Below are positions 16,621-24,121 of a stretch of 32,000 nt of DNA, piece after piece (the stretch's first letter is position 1; each line of letters starts with the position of its first letter). This DNA is from Copranaerobaculum intestinale (GTDB taxonomy: Bacteria > Bacillota_I > Bacilli_A > Erysipelotrichales > Erysipelotrichaceae), in the NCBI RefSeq assembly GCF_009831105.1, contig NZ_WUUQ01000002.1, positions 1 through 32,000 on the forward strand, in the 5' to 3' direction. The translations under genes were made by a program, and so were the position numbers. The notes under the pieces were generated by a model that was not told where the DNA came from, searched no databases, and worked only from the letters and a program-made list of their open reading frames with translations.

Positions 16621-17823
16621 ATGGCTAATTGTTTAGTTGCACAATCAGGCGGACCTACTACTGTTATTAACGCTAGCTTAGCAGGAGTTGTGAAAGCCAA
16701 TCAGTTAAATCCGATTTATGACACAGTATATGGCGGTTTGAACGGTATTGAAGGAATTTTGGAAGAGCGTTTATACGATCTTACCAATATGAGTGATTTT
16801 GAAAATCGGGTTCTTCGTCAGACACCGTCTTCTTGTTTGGGAAGCTGCCGTTATAAATTAAAACGGGATGATGAAACAGATTACCGTAAACTGGTAGCGG
16901 TAATGGATAAATATGATATTGAAATCATGTTCTACATCGGCGGAAATGATTCTATGGATACCGTAGATGCACTGAGCCAGTGGGCTAAGAAAAATAATAT
17001 CGCAAAACGCTTTGTCGGCATTCCGAAGACTGTAGACAATGATCTGATGGTTACAGATCACTGCCCGGGATTTGCAAGTGCAGCAAAATTTGTGAATGCA
17101 GTTGTTACATCTACCTGGCAGGATTATAACGTGTATACCCGTTCTGAAGTATTTATTTTGGAAACGATGGGGCGCGACGCCGGTTGGCTGGCAGGAAGCT
17201 CTGTCATCAGTAATAAAGTAGACCTGCTGGTACTGCCGGAAGAAGATTTTGATCAGGAAGTATTCTTGGCAGAAGTAAAAAAATGCATGGAAACGAAAAA
17301 CAAATGCTATATCGTAGTGAGTGAAGGCGCTCATTTCGCTGACGGTTCTTACTTGGCTGCCGGCAAAGCAGTCAATGATGGCTTTGGCCATGCGGTATTA
17401 GGCGGTGCCGGAAACGCAGTTAAAAATATGATTTTGGAAGCAGGAATCGCTCCTCGTGCGAAAGTACAGGATTTGAGCACTGCTCAGCGCTGTGCAAACT
17501 ATCTGCAGTCAGAAGTAGACGTTACTGAAGCATTCCAGTTGGGTATGTCCGCGCATATGCGTTCGATGAATCCAGCATTTACCGGTCAGGTAGTCGGTGT
17601 GGTTCGCAAGGGCGGAGCTGAATATGATGTAAATTATATTGCCGGACCGGCAGATGAATTTGCAAACCATGTAAAGAACATTCCAAGCGAATGGATTCTT
17701 CCGAACTATGCAGGTTTGAGCAAAGAAGCTTATGAATATTTCACACCGTTGATTCAGGGTGAACCGGCATTGATCATGGAAAATGGGGTTCCTGCTTACG
17801 TAAAGCCATACCACATGAGATAG
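16621..17823 (+). CDS. pfp: 6-phosphofructokinase with pyrophosphate-dependent type signatures
   Basis: PFK family motifs SGGPTTVINAS, YIGGNDSMD, GIPKTVDNDL and ETMGRDAGWLA. Asp and Lys sit at the positions equivalent to E. coli PfkA Gly104 and Gly124. Confidence 0.9.
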   Translation: MANCLVAQSGGPTTVINASLAGVVKANQLNPIYDTVYGGLNGIEGILEERLYDLTNMSDFENRVLRQTPSSCLGSCRYKLKRDDETDYRKLVAVMDKYDIEIMFYIGGNDSMDTVDALSQWAKKNNIAKRFVGIPKTVDNDLMVTDHCPGFASAAKFVNAVVTSTWQDYNVYTRSEVFILETMGRDAGWLAGSSVISNKVDLLVLPEEDFDQEVFLAEVKKCMETKNKCYIVVSEGAHFADGSYLAAGKAVNDGFGHAVLGGAGNAVKNMILEAGIAPRAKVQDLSTAQRCANYLQSEVDVTEAFQLGMSAHMRSMNPAFTGQVVGVVRKGGAEYDVNYIAGPADEFANHVKNIPSEWILPNYAGLSKEAYEYFTPLIQGEPALIMENGVPAYVKPYHMR

Positions 17824-17825
17824 TC

Positions 17826-17852
17826 CAAAAACTTCCGAAAGGAAGTTTTTTT
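17826..17852 (+). terminator. Rho-independent terminator after pfp
   Basis: AAAAACTTCC-GAAA-GGAAGTTTTTTT. Confidence 0.8.
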
Positions 17853-18092
17853 ATGTGCAAAATTGGAAATTTTTTGGTAAGAAAGGGTTTAACTCCTTTT
17901 GAAAATATTTTCAGCATTTTTTCAGAATGGTGAAACATATATATTTAAAGTAGTGTAGAAAACCTGCAAATATCGCTTAATATCTGGGAATTTATGGTTA
18001 TTTCATGTCAAAAGTAACGATTTTTCAAGTAAAATTATGTAAAACATGAAAAAATTTTCATGAAAATATGGGATAATGGAAATCAAAACCTA

Positions 18093-18121
18093 TTGAAATA
18101 ACCTGGATATTACGATATAAT
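18093..18121 (+). promoter_or_regulatory. Strong sigma-A type promoter of the opp operon
   Basis: -35 TTGAAA (18093-18098), 17-nt spacer, consensus -10 TATAAT (18116-18121), about 40 nt upstream of the oppA ATG. Confidence 0.6.
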
Positions 18122-18159
18122 GACTACATTATCAATGGAAAATTGATAGGAGGGAAAAT

Positions 18160-20223
18160 ATGAAAAAGTTGTTAACTTTGTTCGTAGCCGGACTGATGGG
18201 CGTTTCATTGGTAGGCTGCGGCAGCGGCGACAGCAAGAAGGACACACTTGTTGTAGCAGCGACTGAGATGAATGGTGATTTCATCGACGGTTTTGGCAAC
18301 AGTTCTTATGATTTGGAAATCAAGAATGTGTTGCACAATTACTACATTACCTATGACAATGATGCTGAAGGTAATTTCGTAACAAACAAAACCATTCTGG
18401 ATGGTGAACCGGTAGCTACAAAAAATGCTGATGGTTCCAAGACCTACACTTTCAAAATTAAGAAAGGCTTAAAATGGTCAAACGGTTCTGATCTGACTGC
18501 AAAGGACTTTGTCTTCAACATCCTGCTGAGCGCTTCCGATGAATGGGTTGCTGCCTTAGCTGCAGATACGATGGGTGAAGGTCTGACCGGTTATGCGAAA
18601 TATCATGCTGGTCTGTCATCTCAGGAAGAAGGCGGTGTTGCTGATATCGTCTACAAACGTGAGACCGATAAAAAAATCCAGAAAGCCAATGCTGCTGATA
18701 ATGAAGTGAAAGTCAGCGATATGTATGATAAAGACGGATATGAATTGGATTCAGAAGGCAAGCGCATTCCGCTGTTAGGTTTCCAGACGGACGAAAACGG
18801 TGATCCTCTTTATGATGCTAATGGTGAATTAGTACCGGAATACCGTGAGAAAAAAGGTGACAACGGTACCTTTGAGGGCGTTAAGCTGAATGGCGATTAT
18901 GAATTCTCTGCAACGATCGCAGCAGATAAACTGCCATACTTCTTCGAGAAGAGCTATGTTGCATTTTATCCGAAACCGATGACTTATCTGGCAGGTAAGG
19001 ATGCAAAAATCGAATCATCAGAAAAAGGCGCAACTTTGGTAGGCGTAGATTTGAATGATGTTGCTCAGAAAACAAAATCTGAATATCGTACCAATCCAAA
19101 AGTTACCAGCGGCCCGTACAAGCTGATTAGTTTCAAAAACAAACAGGTAAAACTGACTAAGAACAAATATTTCAAGGGTGATTATGAAGGACATAAACCT
19201 TCCATTCCTAATATTTTAGTTAAGACAGTCAACCAGAAAACTGATATGGATCAGCTGCTGGCTGGTGAAGTAGATGTATTGACTGGCGTAGTAGAAGGTA
19301 AGAAGATTGAAAAAGCGAAGAAGAACTCCAGCGTTAAAGCAAGCTCTTATGCTCGTAACGGTTATGGTAACGTTCCTATTCACAATGACTTCGGTGCTAC
19401 AAAAGATCCTGCTGTTCGCCGTGCTCTGAACTACATTCTGGATAAAGACAATATCATTCAGACAGTTTTAGGCGGTTACGGTTCTACTGTTTACGGTGAC
19501 TATGGAACTGCACAGTGGATGTACCAGGAAAACAAAGAAGCTGTTGAAAGTGAATTGAATCACTACACTTACAATATCGAAAATGCAAATAAAGAACTTG
19601 ATTCTACGGAATGGAAGTTTGAAGCAGACGGTGTAACTCCTTGGGATGTTACCAAAGCTGAGAAAACAAAAGATTACTATCGTTACAATGCACAGAAACA
19701 GCCGTTGACGATCAACCACTTAGGTACTGAAGACAACACTGTTACCGATGCATTGGAAACTGAATTCTTAAAGAATTCACCAAAGGTTGGTATTAAATTC
19801 TCTATCGAGAGAACTGACTTTGCAGGTTTGATGGATAACTATTACAACGCTGCTCAGAAACCGGAAGCTCAGAGAAAATACAATACCTTTAATATGGCTA
19901 CTGGATTTACACCAGTTTACGATCCATGGAGTCAGGGATCCTTCGCTTCTATCTACGCAGGTACTTCTCTGAATCCTACCAACACAAAAGATGCTGAATT
20001 GGATAAGCTGATGCAGGAAATGCGTAACCTTGAACCAGATCAGCATGAGGAATTCTCAAAAGCATGGCTGGCATTCCAGAAACGTTTCAATGAAATTGTT
20101 CCGGAAATTCCAGTATACGCTAATGAATACTTTGATTTCTACAACGCAGATCTGAAAGGTTTCAAAACGGGACCTATGTCTTCTTGGTCTGAGATCATCT
20201 GTAACGTTAGTTGGGCAGAATAG
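18160..20223 (+). CDS. oppA: ABC transporter substrate-binding lipoprotein, family 5 (OppA/DppA-type), oversized at 687 aa
   Basis: Signal peptide with lipobox SLVG-C20. The family-5 SBP core includes KKGLKWSNGSDLTAKDFVFN. RBS AGGAGGG. Confidence 0.9.
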   Translation: MKKLLTLFVAGLMGVSLVGCGSGDSKKDTLVVAATEMNGDFIDGFGNSSYDLEIKNVLHNYYITYDNDAEGNFVTNKTILDGEPVATKNADGSKTYTFKIKKGLKWSNGSDLTAKDFVFNILLSASDEWVAALAADTMGEGLTGYAKYHAGLSSQEEGGVADIVYKRETDKKIQKANAADNEVKVSDMYDKDGYELDSEGKRIPLLGFQTDENGDPLYDANGELVPEYREKKGDNGTFEGVKLNGDYEFSATIAADKLPYFFEKSYVAFYPKPMTYLAGKDAKIESSEKGATLVGVDLNDVAQKTKSEYRTNPKVTSGPYKLISFKNKQVKLTKNKYFKGDYEGHKPSIPNILVKTVNQKTDMDQLLAGEVDVLTGVVEGKKIEKAKKNSSVKASSYARNGYGNVPIHNDFGATKDPAVRRALNYILDKDNIIQTVLGGYGSTVYGDYGTAQWMYQENKEAVESELNHYTYNIENANKELDSTEWKFEADGVTPWDVTKAEKTKDYYRYNAQKQPLTINHLGTEDNTVTDALETEFLKNSPKVGIKFSIERTDFAGLMDNYYNAAQKPEAQRKYNTFNMATGFTPVYDPWSQGSFASIYAGTSLNPTNTKDAELDKLMQEMRNLEPDQHEEFSKAWLAFQKRFNEIVPEIPVYANEYFDFYNADLKGFKTGPMSSWSEIICNVSWAE

Positions 20224-20259
20224 TATTATTATTTAATCTATTCATAGCACGAAAAGAGA

Positions 20260-20282
20260 GGATAGTTAAATATTAACTATCC
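20260..20282 (+). other. Intercistronic stem-loop between oppA and oppB
   Basis: GGATAGTTAA (20260-20269) / TTAACTATCC (20273-20282), a perfect 10-bp stem with no strong T-run. It could act as a partial terminator or mRNA stabiliser, as seen after SBP genes in many ABC operons. Confidence 0.5.
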
Positions 20283-20308
20283 CCTTTCTTCATGAGAGGA
20301 GTATATAC

Positions 20309-21265
20309 ATGATTAAGTATTCAATAAAACGCATCTTTTCGCTGATACCGGTTATCTTCGCGATCTCGATCATTTTATTCGGATTGAATAAGATTATGCC
20401 GGGGGATCCAGTGAATATGATGATCCCAACGAGTGCGAAACCTGAACAAAAGGAACAGCTGCGTAAAGAAATCACCGAACAGCTCGGTTTGGACAAATCG
20501 CTGCCTGAGCAGTATATCGCATGGGTAAGCAATGTTGCCAAAGGCGATCTGGGTTATTCGACATGGAAAAATGATGATGTGAAAAACGTCATCGCCGATC
20601 CGTTAAAAAATACCGTAATTTTGAATTTCTTCGTTTTGCTGTTGGCATTAAGTATTTCGATTTTAGCTGGAATTCGTTCCGCAATTAAGAAAAACTCAAT
20701 TATCGACCAGTTTTGGCAGGTGTTTTCACTTGTCTGCATGAGCGTGCCGACCTTCTTTATCGGCCTGTGCTTGGTTTATATATTTGCCTTGACATTAAAA
20801 TGGCTGCCGTCTAACGGCATGCCGGCTGATTTAAACAATATCGGTCAATGGGTGAGATATATGATTCTGCCAGTGCTGACGCTGACAATTACATCGCTGG
20901 CTGGTACGATCCGTTACGTTCGTAATGCAATGCTGGATGCTTTGTCGCAGGACTACATCCGTACTGCCCGTTCCAAGGGGTTAAGTGAGAAAGTGGTTGT
21001 CTATTCACATGCTTTCCGCAACGCATTGATTCCAATCGTAACTGTTGTTATTGCACAAATTTCAACCCTATTCAGCGGATCCATGATTACGGAAGCGGTA
21101 TTTGTATGGAACGGCTTGGGGCAGGTATTATTGACGGCGCTGAACCGCCGTGACGGCTTCTTGGTAATCGCCATGAATATGTTCTATGCGATTGTCTATT
21201 TGGCAAGCAACTTTATCGCGGATATCACATATGCATTGGTTGATCCGCGTATTAAATTAGATTAA
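20309..21265 (+). CDS. oppB: Opp/Dpp-type ABC transporter permease (OppB-like)
   Basis: 318 aa. N-terminal MIKYSIKRIFSLIPVIFAISIILF, and an EAA-like loop YIRTARSKGLSEKVVVYSHAFRNALIP. Confidence 0.9.
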   Translation: MIKYSIKRIFSLIPVIFAISIILFGLNKIMPGDPVNMMIPTSAKPEQKEQLRKEITEQLGLDKSLPEQYIAWVSNVAKGDLGYSTWKNDDVKNVIADPLKNTVILNFFVLLLALSISILAGIRSAIKKNSIIDQFWQVFSLVCMSVPTFFIGLCLVYIFALTLKWLPSNGMPADLNNIGQWVRYMILPVLTLTITSLAGTIRYVRNAMLDALSQDYIRTARSKGLSEKVVVYSHAFRNALIPIVTVVIAQISTLFSGSMITEAVFVWNGLGQVLLTALNRRDGFLVIAMNMFYAIVYLASNFIADITYALVDPRIKLD

Positions 21266-21276
21266 GGAGAGGTCTT

Positions 21277-23127
21277 ATGAACGACAAGAAAAAAGAAAAT
21301 GCATTTCAGAAGTTCGGACACTCTCTGAAATCATTGTTCAGCGGCGGTTTCTTTGGCCGTAAACAGTTGAATGTACTGGAAGAAGAGGAAATTCAGAGCC
21401 CGTCTAAGGTCATTATGAAGAACTTTCTTCATAATCGGCTTGCCCAGATCGGAATTGTCGGATTCTTATTCATCTTTTCATTCACCTTTATCGGATCGAT
21501 GTTCTATCCGATGGATCCGTTATATACAGAACCGCTGCTGCAGGATATCAAACCGGGCCGCGGCTATCTGAGCTATGACGAGGATTTGAATAAAGCCGGT
21601 GTAAAAGATATCCAATCGGGAGCGACCTTTACGATCGCGTTGGATAACGACGGCAAGGTGTATAGCTGGGGGCAGAATTTGGAAGGCGCCTTTGATATAC
21701 CAAGTGAAGTAACCGACGAAACAATTGCGAAGATCGCGGTCGGTGATCGTCATGCGCTGGCCTTGACAAAGAACGGTGAAGTGATCGGTTGGGGTTATAA
21801 CAACTTTAATCAGGATCAGCTTCCGTTTGAAGTCAAGAATCGTCTATTTGATCAGAAAGTGGTAGATATCTTCGCCGGTGACAAATATTCGGCAGTATTG
21901 ACTGATCAGAAAAAGCTGTATGTTTGGGGAAGCACGATGACCAATCATCTTGATATTGTACCGGATGAGTATCAGGGACATATCAAGGAGGTTCGCACCT
22001 CTACCTACAATATGCTGCTGTTGCTGGATGATGGCAGACTGGTTCCGCTCGGTGTTAGCGGCAGTCCGTTAACGGATAATATCCCGAAGAAGATCGCCAG
22101 CGGCGAATTGAAAGTTAAGGATTATGCGATGTCCTTCCGTAACGCGGTAGTGCTGGACGATCAGGGAAAGATCCATGTTTGGGGCTCGACGGATAATGGA
22201 CTGCTGAATGTACCGAAGATCAAAGAAAAGGTCATATCTGTTGCCGGTGCCAAGAATGCATTGTACGCGGTTGGTGAAAGCGGTAAGGTTTATGCATGGG
22301 GTTCTGATGCACTGAAGGAAACAAATGTTCCTGCGGATGCAAAGGGCACTAAAAAAGTATATGCGAGCTATTTCCAAATGTATGCGGTCAACGATGATAA
22401 TAAAGTGATCGCATCTTGGGGAAACAATGGTTATCTGCTGGGTACGGACGGTACCGGACGTGATGTCTTTATCCGTTTGATGCACGGCGGTAAAGTAACG
22501 CTTCTGGTCGGCGTAATTGCTGTATTGATTTCTGCATTTATCGGTGTGCTCATCGGTATGGTTTCGGGATTCAAGGGCGGCTGGCTGGATAATCTGCTGA
22601 TGCGTCTGACCGAGATCATCACTTCGATTCCGTTTATGCCATTGGTGATTACCTTATCTTCATTCATCGGAACGCAGATGTCTTCCGATAACAAAATGTA
22701 TCTGATCATGGTTATTCTGGGACTGTTAAGCTGGCCGCCGCTGGCGCGTTTAGTTCGTTCGCAGATTTTGATCGAGCGTGAAAAGGATTTCGTTCTCGCG
22801 GCGCGGGCTATGGGAATCAAGGAACACAGTATCGTGCTTCGCCACATCCTGCCTAACGTTATCAGTATGGCAATCGTGGATATGACACTGAATTATGCAA
22901 TCATGATGCTTCAGGAAGCTGCACTGTCATTCTTGGGCTTCGGTGTTCAGCCGCCAATGCCGTCATGGGGCAATATGCTGAATGCGGCACAGGACTCAAC
23001 GGTTATACAGTATTACTGGTGGCAGTGGATCCTGCCGGCGGTATGCGTACTGATTGCCGCCCTGAGCGTTAACCTGATTGGTAATGCTCTGGGTGATGCG
23101 ATTGATCCAAAGGCAAATGAGAAGTAA
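21277..23127 (+). CDS. oppC: Opp/Dpp-type ABC permease (OppC-like) carrying a roughly 280-aa RCC1-like repeat insertion after TM1
   Basis: 616 aa, whereas OppC is typically about 300 aa. TM1 spans about residues 55-77. The canonical OppC motif LGTDGTGRDVFIRL appears only at residues 388-401. It is followed by 5 TM helices and the EAA-like loop FVLAARAMGIKEHSIVLRHILPN. Confidence 0.9.
   Translation: MNDKKKENAFQKFGHSLKSLFSGGFFGRKQLNVLEEEEIQSPSKVIMKNFLHNRLAQIGIVGFLFIFSFTFIGSMFYPMDPLYTEPLLQDIKPGRGYLSYDEDLNKAGVKDIQSGATFTIALDNDGKVYSWGQNLEGAFDIPSEVTDETIAKIAVGDRHALALTKNGEVIGWGYNNFNQDQLPFEVKNRLFDQKVVDIFAGDKYSAVLTDQKKLYVWGSTMTNHLDIVPDEYQGHIKEVRTSTYNMLLLLDDGRLVPLGVSGSPLTDNIPKKIASGELKVKDYAMSFRNAVVLDDQGKIHVWGSTDNGLLNVPKIKEKVISVAGAKNALYAVGESGKVYAWGSDALKETNVPADAKGTKKVYASYFQMYAVNDDNKVIASWGNNGYLLGTDGTGRDVFIRLMHGGKVTLLVGVIAVLISAFIGVLIGMVSGFKGGWLDNLLMRLTEIITSIPFMPLVITLSSFIGTQMSSDNKMYLIMVILGLLSWPPLARLVRSQILIEREKDFVLAARAMGIKEHSIVLRHILPNVISMAIVDMTLNYAIMMLQEAALSFLGFGVQPPMPSWGNMLNAAQDSTVIQYYWWQWILPAVCVLIAALSVNLIGNALGDAIDPKANEK
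21598..22428 (+). repeat. Seven tandem protein-level repeats of about 40-45 aa (RCC1/ATS1-like beta-propeller blades) inside oppC
   Basis: The blade pattern [hydrophobic strand]-D/N-x-G-K/E-[VIL]-x-x-WG recurs with WG at residues 131, 172, 217, (LG 259), 302, 341 and 381. Examples: ALDNDGKVYSWGQN, ALTKNGEVIGWGYNNFNQDQLP, VLTDQKKLYVWGST, VLDDQGKIHVWGSTDNGLLNVP, AVGESGKVYAWGSD, AVNDDNKVIASWGNNG. Confidence 0.7.
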
Positions 23128-23137
23128 GGAGGCCATT

Positions 23138-24121
23138 ATGAAATTACTTGAAATTAATAATCTCCATACTTATTTTGAAACCAAGCGTGGTTTGATCAAA
23201 GCCGTGAATGGTGTAACCCTGTCTTTGGAAGAAGGACGCACCCTTGGTATTGTAGGAGAATCCGGCAGCGGTAAAAGCCAGACTGCCATGAGTATTTTAA
23301 AATTGTTTGAAAAGAATCAAAAAATCTATGAAGGCGAAATCAAATTCATGGGTAAAAATATTTCAGATTCAACCGCGAAAGAAATGTCTCATATTCGCGG
23401 AAATGACATCTCGATGATCTTCCAGGAACCGATGACATCGCTGAACCCGATTTTTACGGTTAACCGTCAGATATCAGAGGTTTTGCGCCTGCATCAAGGC
23501 ATGTCCAAGAAAGAGGCGGAGGAACAGAGTATCAAAATGCTGGAAAGCGTTAAGATAGCCAACCCCCAGCGGGTAAACAAGAGTTATCCGTTTGAACTCT
23601 CAGGCGGAATGCGTCAGCGTGTTATGATTGCCATGGCTTTGGCTTGCAAGCCAAAACTGCTGATTGCCGATGAACCGACAACTGCTTTGGATGTTACGAT
23701 TCAAGCGCAGATTCTGCGTTTGATGAATGACCTGAAAGCAGAAACCGGAACATCAATTATCTTTATCACTCACGATCTAGGGGTTATAAATCAGATGGCG
23801 GATGATGTAGCGGTTATGTACTGCGGTCAAGTAGTTGAAACGGCTCCAGTAGATAAGATCTTCCAAAAGAGTGAATACATTCACCCATATACGGAGGGGC
23901 TGTTAACATCCATTCCACGTTTGGATTCGGATCCGAAAAAACGCCTGGATGCCATACCGGGAGCGGTGCCTCATCCGTTGAATTTACCAAAGGGCTGTAA
24001 GTTTGCTCCTCGCTGTAAATATGCGACCGACAAGTGCCGTAATGAAGAACCAGAGCTGAAAGCTGTATCTCCGGATCACAATATCCGCTGTTTCTTTCCG
24101 GTAAAGAGAGGTGACAAATAA
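23138..24121 (+). CDS. oppD: Opp/Dpp-type ABC transporter ATP-binding protein (OppD-like)
   Basis: Walker A GESGSGKSQ, signature LSGGMRQR, Walker B LLIADEPTTALD, and C-terminal oligopeptide-type region HPYTEGLL...PKGCKFAPRC. RBS AGGAGG precedes ATG 23138. Confidence 0.9.
   Translation: MKLLEINNLHTYFETKRGLIKAVNGVTLSLEEGRTLGIVGESGSGKSQTAMSILKLFEKNQKIYEGEIKFMGKNISDSTAKEMSHIRGNDISMIFQEPMTSLNPIFTVNRQISEVLRLHQGMSKKEAEEQSIKMLESVKIANPQRVNKSYPFELSGGMRQRVMIAMALACKPKLLIADEPTTALDVTIQAQILRLMNDLKAETGTSIIFITHDLGVINQMADDVAVMYCGQVVETAPVDKIFQKSEYIHPYTEGLLTSIPRLDSDPKKRLDAIPGAVPHPLNLPKGCKFAPRCKYATDKCRNEEPELKAVSPDHNIRCFFPVKRGDK

Noticed and set aside
15658-17391. Minus-strand ORFs 15658..16116 (152 aa) and 16858..17391 (177 aa).
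   Set aside because: They are antisense to the GerA-family gene and to pfp respectively and show no recognisable motifs. These are typical shadow frames of real genes.
17900-17913. TGAAAATATTTTCA read as a CcpA cre site (TGWAANCGNTNWCA).
   Set aside because: It matches the outer positions but lacks the highly conserved central CG, so I do not call it a cre.
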